Shown in pieces: positions 40,368 through 55,314 of a stretch of DNA of 64,000 nt. Under the pieces are notes generated by a model. It was not told the origin of the DNA, did not search any database, and saw only the letters and a program-made list of their open reading frames with translations. Positions within the stretch are counted from its first letter, which is position 1, and each line of letters opens with the position of its first letter. Source of the stretch: the human T2T-CHM13v2.0 reference genome, Homo sapiens; NCBI RefSeq assembly GCF_009914755.1, contig NC_060938.1; one strand, written 5' to 3'. Both the position numbers and the translations under genes were made by a program.

Positions 40368-41399
40368 GTATGTTCCTTCTTTCTCCCGTGCCCTGTTCCT
40401 AGGCTCTGTCTCAATATATTCCCTTCATCCTATTACCCACTGTGTCCTTCTCATTCTTTCCCCTCATAATAAAACCATATAATGGTTCCAGTAACACGTC
40501 AGCCAAACAGGAAGAAGGAAGCATAATGGGTCAATCCCTGAGCCATGACTTTTCCACTGAAGCATAACCACTCCTTTTTGTTTTGTTTTTTCAAACAAAG
40601 CTATTGTCTTGGATCTGATTTTCTAAAAATCAAAACATCACGTTTCCTGGTTCAGAATGTGCCTACAAAACAATAGGAGGCTATCATTTTTTCCAGGTAA
40701 CTTTTATAAAGGAAAAAGTTACATTGAAACAGTTCATTATATTGATATAGACAATGAGAAGGTCAATTAGGAAGTATATATCCAAAGCACATTCAATTCC
40801 AAAATCTATCCTAAAAAAAGTAATTAGGGATAGGCACAAAGATGCACAAATGTTAATGATGAAGAGTAGAGAACAACCTAAATGTTCAAGATTACAGAAT
40901 CAATTCATGAATTATTACATATCCTGTGCAGAGGGCCACTATATAGCCTTTAAAATGATATCATGGTACATATTAAGTGACATGAAATAGAGTAGCGACC
41001 TCAATTTTCAGAACAATACAACATGGTTGATTAATATATATTACACCCAGTTATATTACTAAGATTATACCCAGTTATAAACAACCACAGGGAGTTTTAT
41101 TTCTTCTTCTTTTGGCTATGGTTTTCTAATTACCCCACTGTCATTTACATTACTAAGCCATAAAAAAGCAAAGTAGGATTTACTGATGAAAACACGTGAA
41201 TATTTAAAATTTTTTAATCATAGCAATAGTAACTAGAATGCATTTAGTTCTTAGGAGTTTGAAAACCATATTCTCATGCAAACTTTGCATCCCCATAAAG
41301 TAATCTGGACACTAACAAGGAATATTTATACTCAAAACAATCGGTGAGAATCCACACAGCTTAAGTAGCAGAAACAAGATCACCCTTCTCCCGTTGCCT

Positions 41400-41840
41400 G
41401 CGATGCTCTTGTCTCAGAGACCGACTGAAGCTTTTTCAATGTGCCACACTTATTGTCAATGTAGGGCCGGTACATTGGCTCTTCCCTGTGCCTGGAAAAC
41501 TCTTCCCACAGATCTTCACAGAGCTGGCTCCTTCTTATTACATAAGACTCAACTCAAATGTCATCTTCTCAAAGAAGTCTTTCCTCACCATCTGGTCGAA
41601 AATGTTTCTCCTACCCCTTCTCCTAGTCACAGTTTTCTTCATGACGCACATCTGAAATTATCCTATTTATTACATTGTTTGCTCATGTATCCCTTGCTTC
41701 TCCCGCCACCCACCCATCACCACTACCACCTTTACCCTCCTAAAATGTAAAGCACATGAAAGCAAGGCTATTTTTTGCCCTGTTTAATTCCTAGAACATG
41801 TCTCACATACAGGAGGCACTCAATACATTTTTGTTATATA
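41400..41840 (+). mobile_element. L2 3' end
   Basis: ccctgtgcctggaaaactcttccc...ctcaaatgtcatcttctc...ggcactcaatacattt. Confidence 0.75.
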
Positions 41841-41949
41841 ATTATCAGTACAGGTTAACTCTGAAGAAACTTTATCTGTTGCATTATAGAACACTGATTA
41901 TAAAAGGGTTTTTAAAAATATTTTGTAACATTCAATTCCTTATCATGTA

Positions 41950-42480
41950 CTTTTTTCTTTTTTAATTGAATTATGACTTACATTAAATGCACAGATCTTA
42001 AATGTATAGTTTCATAAATTTTGACAATTACAAACCCACTTAACCCACATCCCAATCAAGATACAGAGCATTTCAGTTGCTCCAGAAAGTTTACTTTGCC
42101 CCTCCTATTCCTCTCCACAGAGGCAAAAATTATTCTGATTTCTAGCACCTAGAATAGTTCTCCCTGCTCTTAAACTTCATATAAAAGAAATAATACAATG
42201 GTATGCTTTTACGGGCGGGGAGGCTGGCTACTTTCCCTCAACATTATACTTCTAAGATTTACCCATATTGTTACATTTAGTCATAATTATTTATTCTCAT
42301 TGTTGTGTAGTGTTCCCTTGTATAAATATTTTTCTATTATTTTTCTATTTTTCTGTGGATGTATATGTGGTTTATTCTCAGGCTTTTGGGGCTATTACAA
42401 ATAAAGCTGATATGAGCATTCTTAAACAAGTCTTTTGTGACATATATTTTCATTCTCTTGGGTAAATACCCAGGAGTAGA
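41950..42480 (-). mobile_element. Old L1M 3' end
   Basis: taaatgcacagatcttaaatgtatag...tctcttgggtaaatacccaggagtagaat. Confidence 0.75.
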
Positions 42481-42722
42481 ATTTGTTTTAAACCAATCTG
42501 CCTGCTCAATGTAGCCACACAAGTATGCTTAGGCAACAGGAGAACCACCTACCCAATCCACAGAATCAGAACAAATTACTGCATTTTGAATTGGTTATTA
42601 TGCAGCAATGAAAACTAAAAAGGTATTTAATCTCATGTTCTCTGGAACAAGATTGCCTGGTTTTGAATGTCAGCTCTTTCACTTACCAGCTACTTGACCA
42701 TAGGCAAGGTATTCAGCCTCTC

Positions 42723-43160
42723 TGCGGAGTCAGATGTCCAACCCTTATTCCTCATCCACGATTTTCACTGGGTACGTGACTATCCAGCTAGATTACATTT
42801 CCCAGCCTCTCTCACACTTATTAACCACATGACTAAAGAATGTGAGCTGAATCAATGTGTGCCATTTCTTAGTCTGGACTTTAAGATATTGGGCATGGGC
42901 TTCTTCATACCCACTTCCCTTTCTAAAAGACTGAGACATAGATAGGCTCACAATCTACTTTTAATCATGCAAAGACAAAGACAATGTCCTAGAAAATGAT
43001 GGAGAAACAAGATGTAAGAGACATTGTTTCTTTATGACTACATGGAGTAGAGCTGCCCAACAGTGTAGGCTCCCCAGACTACCAGAAGCTTCTCTACTCT
43101 TTAAGCCACAGTATTTTTCTGTTTCTTTGTTACAGTACCTTTCCTTTTATCCTAATATAC
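42723..43160 (+). mobile_element. Old MLT1 (I-L group) LTR
   Basis: agctagattacatttcccagcct...gtttctttgttacag..cctaatata. Confidence 0.65.
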
Positions 43161-44784
43161 TCCCTATGCTTTACTTTAAAATAATGCTTGAGGTCAATTT
43201 GAAATTGGTTGATGTTCTCTTCATGAAGTGGAAATAATAGGAGCATTATAAAGTTATTAGAGTCTGTCAATACTCCCATACAGGAAACATGTCTTTTTAT
43301 AATTGAATACAATAAGATAGTCTACCAATGTACAAGAAAATTTCTTATAATTCAGTATATACCACAATATAGTCAAGGCTTTAAAAAGTTTCTCTCATTT
43401 TGACTTTAATAGAAAAGTATTCTAAGAGCAGTACTCAAAGTATTCAACCCACTATTGGGCTAAGATTAGTTGTTCATGTTAGCAATGTATATTTTTGAAG
43501 TATCCAATCTCAATGCTTGACCAAATGAGATGAAGTCCTTGTTTTAATTTGGTTTTTCACAACTTCTAATTTCCTAAGATTAAATGAGGCAAATTGATTT
43601 TTTCTTTGCCAGATTTGATATACTATTGAAGAGCATAAAGACCTACTTTCTATTTCGTGGTCTATTCCTTTACCTTGATGGTCAATCATGAAGACAACAT
43701 GATTGAGTGAAATAAATTTCTCCTTACTGCTTTTAAAGCAATGGTGCTCATTTGAGTATTGGACAACTAGAAACATAGGAAAAAGTAGACAAATTTTATG
43801 GGAAGGGATTAAGCACAAATACCTTATTTAAATATTCATGCTTAAAAAAGAATTCTCTCTGAAATCTCTCATATTTAGAGTAGTTCTTATACAGCAGGAA
43901 TTTTGCTAAACTTGTTGCAAGCTTTGAGCAGATGTGAAACAAAGCAAAATGTGACCCAATGTTACCAGAGTCTGAAAAATTCACAGAACTGTGCTATTTT
44001 ACAATAGTCTGCCAAAATTCATATTGAATGACTCATTAGAAGTTTATAAAATAAAAATAGATAAAATATGCATAAAGCCTTACACACAGTATACATAAAG
44101 CCTTATTGCTTTTTCATGTTTTCATAGCTGTTACAGAATTTGTTTTAAAATTGATGCTAACGTGCCTGAGTGAATAACCATTTAATTCAAGAATAAAATG
44201 AAAACAAGCTTAGTTGTACATTTCTTCATGTATCTATACATATGAGTAGATTCTTGATGTGTTAAGGCCTGTTTCAGCAGTCTAAGATTAATCAGTATGG
44301 GAAATAAAAGACAAGGAACAAAAGCCAATACTCAATTCCAAGATATTAGGAATATTAGAATCCCTGTGAGGGGAGAAGTCAATGGTAATTTATGTAAAAT
44401 AATTTGGAGATACGTTGAATAATAATCAGGCAAACTCTCTTTAGAATGAGGTTACAAGGGACAGTAGGGCTGGTACAAAGACAATATATTTTCTTCTGTC
44501 TACAAGAATGGGCTGGAACCTCATCAGGAATATGAACTGGTACCATCACCCTTCCAATTTAGACCTATGGTTTGATTGAGATATGTAAACAAATACATAC
44601 TAGAAGTTAAACAAATTAACACTAGTCACCCCACCAAATTCAGTTCGCTTGCACCTAGATTCCTAATGCATATTTCTACTAGAAGTCTGGCAATTAGCAA
44701 ACCAGGTTTTGAGTTGTAGATGTTGCTTTTAAGGGAAAGGTTTTATCTTCAACTTTAACTCTTTCAGATTACTTAATATTTATA

Positions 44785-45481
44785 AAGGAACTAATTATGA
44801 CTTTACAGTGAGGAAATCTGGCAAATACTACCTCAAATGAGTGACCAAAGTTAACATCACCAATAGGCGAACTGACATATTTGCCTCTTGACATTGTATA
44901 CTGAAAACATAGAACCCTAACTTTTTTTAGTATGACTACCCAAAATTAATAGCCTGAATCTAATCGTGTTATGCATCAGGAGGGAACATCAGATAAAATA
45001 AAGGACTTTTTACAAAACACTGGTCTATACTCCTCAAAAATGACAATGTCTTGAAAGACAAGGGTAGAGAAACTATCCAAATTAAAGGAGGTTTGAGGAG
45101 ACATTAGGACTAAACGCCATGCATGATCCCAGGTTAGATACTCTACTAGGGAGTAAATTGCTATGAAAAACTTTAAATATGGATTGCATTTCATGAAAGG
45201 GTATCATTAAAATGTTATGTTTCCTGAATTTGATAATTACACTATGACTATATAAAAGAATGTCTCCATACTTAGGAAGTACATGCTTTAAGTAAAATAC
45301 AGGCTTAAGCCAAGGAACGCAATGACTGCAACCTATTCACAAAAGGTTCAGGAAATATTACATAGATATAAAGAGGGAAAGTATGATACAGCAAATATGA
45401 TAAAATATTAATAATTAGTGAATCTGGATAAAGAATTTATAGGAGTTCTTTATGCTACTCTTCCAACTCTTCTTTAAATTT
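44785..45481 (+). mobile_element. L1MC-type 3' end
   Basis: actttacagtgaggaaatctggcaaa..gtgaccaaagttaacatcacca...gaatctggataaag. Confidence 0.75.
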
Positions 45482-45994
45482 TTTTTTAGATTTTAATTCC
45501 AGTAAATATTTTATTAGAATTGTTCTTCTGTTTAATAATTTCAACTTCTATTTTAGATTCAGGGGGTACATGTGCAGGTTTATTACATGAGTATATTGTG
45601 GGGTGTGGAGGTTTGGGTAGAATGAACCCATCATCTAGGTAGTAAGCATAGTACCCAATAGTTAGTTTTTCAACTCTTGCCCCCTCCTACCCTCCCCCAC
45701 AGTAGTCCCCAGTGTCTATTGTTGCCGTCTTTATGTGATGAGTACCCAATGTTTACCTCCCACTTCTAGGTGGGAACATGTGGTATTTCATTTTCTGTTC
45801 TTGCATTAATTTGCTTAGGATAACAGCCTCCAGTTGCATCTGTGTTGCAGCAGCGGACATGACAAAAAGACACATGCACACATATGTTCATCACAGCATT
45901 ATTCACAATCGCAAAGACAGAATCAACACAGGTGCTCATCAATAGTGTATTGCATAAAGAAGATGTGGTACATGTACACTATGGAATACTACAG
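45482..45994 (-). mobile_element. L1PA15/16-type insertion with 3' transduction and 5' inversion
   Basis: 14-bp TSD TCTTCTTTAAATTT (45468-45481; 45995-46008). L1 3'UTR on - at 45531-45861; inverted L1 piece on + at 45862-45994. Confidence 0.85.
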
Positions 45995-46813
45995 TCTTCT
46001 TTAAATTTAAAGTTAAATTTAAAAGCATTTAAACTTAACTCTAAACACATGAGGTTATTAAAACTTGAAAGATAAGAAAAGTCATCATTGCTTTCAACAC
46101 ACATTATCTTGGTAAATAATGTTGGTGAGTTCCAGAACTTAAAAAAAATGATGTTTATCTCTTGGTAACCTAATAACACAGATAATTAGAGCTATTCATT
46201 AAACAGCTAGTTTTAACTATTCCTACACATGTTTGAAATGGACATTTTTCAGAGTGCTTTTCTTTCACAGTAGTTCCATTGGAAATATCTGAGGAGTGAG
46301 AATGTTTTCAGTGGACATTGTCAACCACTTAACATCCAGAAAGCTAAACTTTGAATATCATAAACGTTTATTATAAGGTGCACTCTAAATCCAAAGAACC
46401 ATGGCTCCCCTACAAATTCATTCCCTCTGTATTACTGGGCGCCTGTTATGTGTCTGGAACTAAGTCATTTGCAGGCCGTCTTAAACCACATCCATCATTT
46501 CCAGTAAACTAGCAGTTCCCAGACAGGTGTCTCTAGGTCAGGCCTCTGTCCAGAGCTGCAGAGTCACATGGGCCACAGCCTACTGTGCAGCTTCACTTAG
46601 ATGTCTCACAGGCATCTTCACCTGTACCTGCCAAACTAAACTCTCATCTTCCCCTTCAAATCTGCATATCCTTCCATCTTCTATTTCAACAAACATTGAA
46701 TCTTTTTAGTTGATGCAGGGAGAAACATGGGGGTCACCTTTGCATCCTCCATCTTCCTCTTATTCACATTCAATGAGTTCAAGTCCTACTGATCCTATCC
46801 TCTCTAAATATAG

Positions 46814-47434
<621 letters not shown>

Positions 47435-47489
47435 ATAAATATATCTTTAATCCATCTATTTTTCTCATTTCCATCTAAGAGAGGAAAGT

Positions 47490-47660
47490 AAGCTTAGTGG
47501 TGAAAAATATGAATTCTGGAATCAGATTACTTGAATTGAAATCCAAGCTGCAATCTCCTAACTGTGTGACCTTGAACAAGTTACTATGCCTCGCTGTGCA
47601 TTAGTGTCTTCATCTGTAAAACTGGGCCCGTTAATGGTATCCATATTATAGGATTCTTAT
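47490..47660 (+). mobile_element. MIR
   Basis: ctgtgtgaccttgaacaagttact...catctgtaaaa. Confidence 0.8.
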
Positions 47661-48768
47661 TGTGAGTACTCAATAAGTGTTCAATATCACTGTCTCCTTT
47701 GCCACCACTCCAGTCCAACCATTATCTCTCAACTAGACCAGCCTTGTATTGATCTCTCTAATTCTGCATTTGTGCCTCTCTAACCTACATGACAACTAGA
47801 GGATCTTTACAAAACACTGCTGGAAGCATGCAATTCCCCTGCTTAATGCCTTTCAGTGGCTTCCCTTTATCCTTGAATAAAATCCAAACTTTTTTTCAAA
47901 TACCATATGTCCTTGCATGACCTAGCCTAGTGTTTCTCCAACTTTTGACAGCTGAAGACCACATGATGGGTATTCAGTTGACACAGTGCTACTAATTTCA
48001 GGTTAAAAAAAAAAAAACAACCAAAGGCTTATCCTAATATGAAGTAATAAACTGTCACTTAAAAGTAAAAATGATAATGGTTATATATAAGTAAGAAGAA
48101 TATTGTTTATAATTTTCACCAAGGCATCCAGCTCCACATAAACTTAGTTTAGTTTACATCTATGCATAGACGGTTTATTTTCTTATATTTATTTCTAATA
48201 AACTGTAAAATCATAAATAACAATTATGGGCCATCAGCAATGACAATCTAGGGTGAATCTGTCAGAGAGTTCATAACTGAATTAAGCAGAGGACCCAAAA
48301 AGTATAGGTGATTTCTCACTGAAGATCACTTTCAAAGCTCTGTCAGATGCTAAGAAAGGAGTAAATCACACAAAACAGAAATGTTAGTGATTTGAACCAA
48401 TTCCCAATCCAGTCTGATAACATTCAATCCTGGCAGCATTTCTTCTGGTTCTATGGTAGCATTTACATATGGTTTTCGACTAACCCGCAATAATAGACAA
48501 TCAATTTGTCTGGGACCTAGCACATCATCATGTGCTAGGAAAACAAAACTCGTAGCAACAGAGCCCTTTTCATTGTAGGGCAGTCTTTGCAAAATGATAT
48601 GCTGTCATTTTACCTTCAACATTAAAAATCACCATACACCAACTTTCAAACAATCAATCAGGTTGTTTGAGATTCTGAGATGACTAAGATATACCACTTG
48701 AGCAAACCACTTAAAAATGTATTTCAATGATATAACACTGTCATTATCAGATCATCATGAAGAAATGT

Positions 48769-49073
<305 letters not shown>

Positions 49074-49359
49074 GGAAAATATGTTTAAATTATTTCCTCA
49101 TTGCAAAAACTTGTATTTATTATGTTTATGGTTTATTTCTTATCTCCTCCCCTGGAATGTATGCTCCACAAAGGCATTGTGCTTTTTATCTGACTTGTTC
49201 ACCACAATGTCATCAGAACCTAGTAGCTGCTCAGTGAATATCTGTTACAGAAATCAATAGATCTATGGTAAATGACTCTGGCCATTTTCCCAAACCTGTA
49301 CCATAGATTTTAAAATCGTATAAAAATTGATTAGTAACAATGGTTTTTATTGAAGATCA

Positions 49360-49575
49360 AGTGTGATATGGTCTTAAAGATTCAGACTTAGACTTGAATT
49401 CCTGCTCCATCACTTAACTTAATCACTTTGTGACTTTGAGCCTGAGCCTCCATTTCCATTTCAAAACAATGGAAATCATGACACCTACCTCTGTAATTAT
49501 TGAAAGAATTGAATTTGATAAGTGTGCACAATTTCTCAGCACAATGACTAACACATACTAGTTATTCGTTAAATG
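49360..49575 (+). mobile_element. MIR
   Basis: tgtgacttt..ctgagcctccatttcc..acacctacctc. Confidence 0.65.
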
Positions 49576-51085
49576 TTAGTAAGCTCCATTTCCCTTTTCT
49601 CTTTCCTTTTTGATTACAGTCAGAGTTACTTCCTCTGTCTGACAAAGGCTGAGCAGGGCTGGCAAAGGATTTTATTTTGCATGTCAGTCAGTATGTGTTC
49701 ACTGCCTGGAACACTAGGTGAAGAAGAATTTGGCAGCCATGTCCAGATTCAGCAAATCAGCCCCATGATATCCACCCTGGCATTGGAGGGGAGAATGACA
49801 GCACCCGAGCAGAATCTACCATCCTGGATTTATAGACTCACCCAACTGCCTCATAAAAGAACCCTCTACTCCTCAAAATACTCATTTGATTTTTCAAGCA
49901 TAACCATGAGAGGAGCTCTGTTACACAAGCATCAATTATAGAATTATTTCACAGGTTAAGGAAGGTTTAAGGAAAGACGGTGGAAAATCTATATTTCTAC
50001 AAAGGCTTGTCAAACCAATTGAGCTGTCACTTCATTTTATGAAGTCTGCTGCTTTCAGTATATGCAGGCCTGGGTTTAAGACCATGGAGGTTTAGCTAAT
50101 CAGGCTTCACAAATCCTATGTCCTCAACAGGATTTTGAAAACCCACATTTACTAGAAGGAAGCTTCTCCCAGTGACATAAAGAAAATGTCAACATTTCTG
50201 TAAAAGATCTTCAGTCCAGAATAATTTAGGATTAAGTATTGTATTGATCCCAGTGGTGTAAAAAATACTAAGAATAAGTGCATGAGACAGATGTTAACTG
50301 AAGAAAAAAGTTTTAGAAATGGTTATAATTACTCTCCTAAGTATTCATCAAGTGGACTAGGGCCTGTAACTGTATCTCTTATGTCCTCATAGTGTAGAGA
50401 ATGTGATAGCTTAATTTTTTAAGTATGTATTATGTCCAAAATATATTTCGGAGGAAGGAAGAGACTGAAAATGATACTTAGTTCTTTTCTTTTAGTTGTA
50501 ACAAAGGCAGTTAACTTGTCTAATAATAAGCTTTTGTACCCAAAGTAGAAGGAAATACACATTTCCCATTTGCACCAAATTTACCTACCAAAAAATAAAT
50601 ATATCAATCAATAAATAAAAACAAAACAAAAGATTAGTTGGCTTCTGTTCTATATTAAATCAAGAAATCTGTAGCTACAGATATAGTCATTATATCCAAG
50701 CAATGAAGTTTCACACTTACTCACAGTCCCAATACTGTTTTGATTACGCAAAAGGTAGCCATGAAAATGGGGGAGAAGATATTAAGCAGTCATCCTTGAT
50801 TAAGAAATAGTTGCAATCAGCTGCAGAGATGACACAGTAAGAAGTACATTGTGTTGTCAACACCTTCAGTAAGAACTAAGGCATGTCAATAGTAACCTAA
50901 AGTACAAAGTGGAAACTGATACAGCAAAAAACCTGCAGGAGACATGGATTGTAGAACATATCACTAAACACCGCTACATGTTATGGTTCCTAAATAAACA
51001 GCCAAAGATTAAAACCAGAGGGTGAAAATTCAGCACAGAACCACCCATTGCTTGTGACCCACCATCTATTCTTAATATAGCCAAG

Positions 51086-53359
51086 TGATATGGTTTGGCT
51101 GTCTCCCAACCCAAGTCTCATCCTGAATTATAGTTCCCATAATCCCCACATGTCATGGGAGGGGCCAGGTGGAAGGTAGTTGAATCATTGGGGTGGTTAC
51201 TGTCATGCTATACCCATGATAGTAAGTGAGCTCTCACAAAATTTGATGGTTTTATAAGGGTCTTTCCCCCTTTTTTCAGGGTACTTCTTGCTGCCACCAT
51301 GTGAAGAAAGATGTATTTGCTTTCCTTTCCACCATGACTGTAAGTTTCCTGAAGCCTCCCCAGCCATGCTGAACTGTGAGTCAATTAAACCTCTTTATAA
51401 ATTACCCAGTCTTGGCTATGTCTTTATTAGCAGCATGAGAATGGACTAATACAGTAAATTGGTACCAGGTAGTGGGGTGCTGCTATAAAGATATCTGAAA
51501 ATGTGGAAGTGACTTTGGAACTGGGTAACAGGCAGAGGTTGGAACAGTTTGGAGGGCTCAGAAGAAGACAGGAAAATGTGGGAAAGTTTGGAACTTCCTA
51601 GAGATTTGTTGAATGGCTTTGACCAAAATGCTGATAGTGATATGGACAATGAAGTCCAGGCTGAGGTGGTCTCGGATGGAGATGAGAAACTTGTTGGGAA
51701 CTGGAGTAAAGGTCACTCTTGCTATGCAAAGTAACTGTCAGCATTTTGCCCCTGCCCTAGAGATCCATGAAACTTTAAACTTGAGAGAAAGATTTAGGGT
51801 ATCTGGTAAAAGAAATGTCTAAGCAGCAAAGCATTCGAGAGGTGACAGAGCATAAAAGTTTGGAAAATTTGCAGGCTGACAATGCCGTAGAAAAGAAAAA
51901 CCCATTTTCTGGGAGAAATTCAAGCCAGCTGCAGAAATTTGCATAAGTAACGAGGAGCCAAAGACACCAAGACACCAAGACAACAGGGAAAATATCTCCA
52001 GGGCATGTCAGAGACCTTCATGGCAGCCCTTCCCAATACAGGCCTGAAGGCCTAGGAGGGAAAATGGTTTCATGGCCTGGGCCCAGGGCACCCCTTGCTG
52101 TGTGCAGCCTCAGGACTTGGTGCCCTGCATCACAGCCACTCTAGCTGTGGCTAAAAGGGGCCAATGTACAGCTCAGGCCATTGCTTCAGAGGGTGCAAGC
52201 CCCAAGCCTTGGCAGCTTCCATGTGGTGTTGGCCTGTATGTGTGCAGAAGTCAAGAATTAAGGTTTGGGAACCTCCACCTAGATTTCAGCAGATGTATGG
52301 TAATACCTGGATGTCCAGGCATAAGTTTGCTGCAGGGGCAGAGCCCTTATGGAGAACCTCTGCTAGGGCGGTGCAGACAGGAAATGTGGGGTCAGAGCGC
52401 CCACACAGAGTCCCCACTGGGGCACTGCCTAGTGGAGCTTTGAGAAGAGGCCCACTGTCCTTCAGACCCCCGAATGGTAGACCCACTGACAGCTTGCACC
52501 ATGAGCTTAGAGAAGCCGCAGACACTCAATGCCAGTCCATGAAAGCAGCCAGGAGTGAGGTTATACCCTGCAAAGTCACAGGGATGGAGCTGCCCAAGGC
52601 TGGTGGGAGCCCACATCCTGCATCAGCGTGACCTGGATGTGAGACATGGAATCAAAGGACATCATTTTCGTGCTTTATGATTTGACTGCCCTGCTGGATT
52701 TCAGACTTGCATGGGGCTGGTAGCCCCTCTGTTTTGGCCAATTTCTCCCATTTGGAATGGGTATATTTACCCAATGCCTGTACCCCCATTGTATCTAGGA
52801 AGTAACTGACTTGCTTTTGATTTTACAGGCTCATAGGTGGAAGGGACTTGCCTTGTCTCAGATGAGACTTTGGACTTGGACTTTTGGGTTAATGCTGGAA
52901 TGAGTTAAGATTTTGGGGGACTGTTGGGAAGGCATGATTGTGTTTTGAAATGTGAGGATATGAGATTTGGGAGGGGCCAGGGGCAGAATGATATGGTTTG
53001 GTTGTGTCCCCATCCAAATCTTATCTCGAATTGTAGTTCCCATAATCCCCACGTGTCATGGGAAGGACCCAGTGGGAGGTAATTAAATCATGGGGGTGGT
53101 TACCCCCATGCTGTTCTTATGATAGTGAGTTCTCACAAGAACTTATGGTTTTTAAAGAGGCTTTTCCCCCTTTGGTCAGCAATTTTCCTTTCTGCTGCCA
53201 TGTGAAGAAGGATGTGTTTGCTTCCCCTTCCACCATGATTGTAAGTATCCTGAGGCCTCCCCAGCCAGGCTGAACTGTGAGTCAATTAAATCTCTTTCCT
53301 CTATAAATGATCCAGTTTCAGGTATGTATTTATTAACAGCATGAGAAGGGACCAATACA
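51086..53359 (+). mobile_element. Complete THE1 (THE1C/D-like) MaLR provirus: LTR 51086-51453, internal 51454-52988, LTR 52989-53359
   Basis: Two TGATATGG...AATACA LTRs, a purine tract before the 3' LTR and a perfect TSD CCAAG. Confidence 0.96.
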
Positions 53360-53384
53360 CCAAGTAAATAATATGGATTCTATA

Positions 53385-53570
53385 GCCAGAGGGCCTGTGT
53401 GAATCCTGGCTCTGCCACTTCCTAGCTGTATGAATTTAATATCTCTGTGTCTTGGTTACCTCATCTGTAAAATGACACGTTAATTATACCTATCTCATAG
53501 AGTTTTGGTAAGGATTAAATATGTTAATATACGCTAACACGTAGTACTAGAATGTTGGCCATTATTATCA
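53385..53570 (+). mobile_element. MIR
   Basis: gaatcctggctctgccacttcctagctgt...ctcatctgtaaaatg. Confidence 0.85.
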
Positions 53571-53671
53571 TGATCATCATTATCACTACTACTACTATTA
53601 TTATTTTTCACTCTCCTCCTAACGTCAATATCTGGAGTCTCCTCTCTCACCCACATCCCTCATTTTTAGCA

Positions 53672-53792
53672 TAGGGGAGATATGCTGATGGGTTTCAGTC
53701 AATCAGGCCCCACCTTGGGTGCTCTTTCTGTGGTTCAGTGGGCACTACAGGTGGGGCCTGATTGACTGAAACCCATCAACACATCTCCCCTA
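53672..53792. repeat. Near-perfect inverted repeat (44-bp arms, 33-nt spacer)
   Basis: 53672-53715 is the reverse complement of 53749-53792 with 2 mismatches. Confidence 0.95.
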
Positions 53793-54292
53793 ACCCAAAC
53801 AAGGCAGAGAGAAACCTAGCACTTGTGCAGGAAATGCAGAGATGCTCATTCTCCTCCTTACAGGGCTGGGTTGCTGAAGATGGGAAGCTTACCACCATTG
53901 TGTGAGGAGTGACTGGTATGCCAAAGGCCCACTTGTAGAGCTTGAGGATGGAGCCAACCCAGAAGTGAGAGCCAAGAAAAAATCCTAGTGGCAAAACTGA
54001 ATCCTAGATAAGCCAAACTCAAAAGCCAGCTTCCCTGGAATGTTCATTTACAGGACTGTAAATCACTGCTATGGTCTGAATGTTATGTCTCCACAAAATT
54101 CATATGTTGTAACCTTATCACCAGTGCAACTGTATTAAGTGGTGGGGACATTTGAAGGTGATTAAGTCATGAGAGCATCCCCGTGAAGTCATATCCTTAT
54201 GAATGGGTTAAGTGCCCTTATAAAGATGTCTAAGGGAGCTTGTTCATTCCTTCTGCCATGTGAAGGCATTGTCTAATAAAAACAGGCACTCA

Positions 54293-54785
<493 letters not shown>

Positions 54786-55314
54786 TGTCTCCCAGTTCAC
54801 CTCACTCTGAATCTGCTGGCATCATGTTCTTGGATTTCCCAGCATCCAGGTGAGCAATAAATTTCTATTGTTTGTAAATCGCTCCATCTAAGGCATTTCG
54901 TTATAGCAGCCCAAATGTACTACATCAATCTCTTTTAGCTTAAGCTAGTTGGGGTCCCATTTTGTTCCTTAAATCTATTATGTATTCATAACTATGTTTT
55001 ATGAGATGTGGGATTATTATATTTTTAATTTAAAAGACAAAAAGTCATTATTTGATACAGATCTCTCAAAAGTCTACACAAGTGAGGCCTTAAGTGACTT
55101 GGATCTAGGTCTTAATCATGTAAATATAAAATAGTAGATTTGAAGAGAAAATCAATTCAAATTATAATCACATGTGCCCAGAACATTCCTCCAGCCTTTC
55201 ATAGTTTTGATAAGCAAACATCGAGTTGTTAAGCAAATCATCTCTATATGCATTGTGTCAAATAGCACATGACCAAACACAGTTCCCAGGACTTCTCCAT
55301 TTTTCTTTCATATA

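Noticed and set aside
51549-52631. THE1-internal ORF fragments
   Set aside because: Broken by stops and frameshifts; ordinary MaLR internal remnants.
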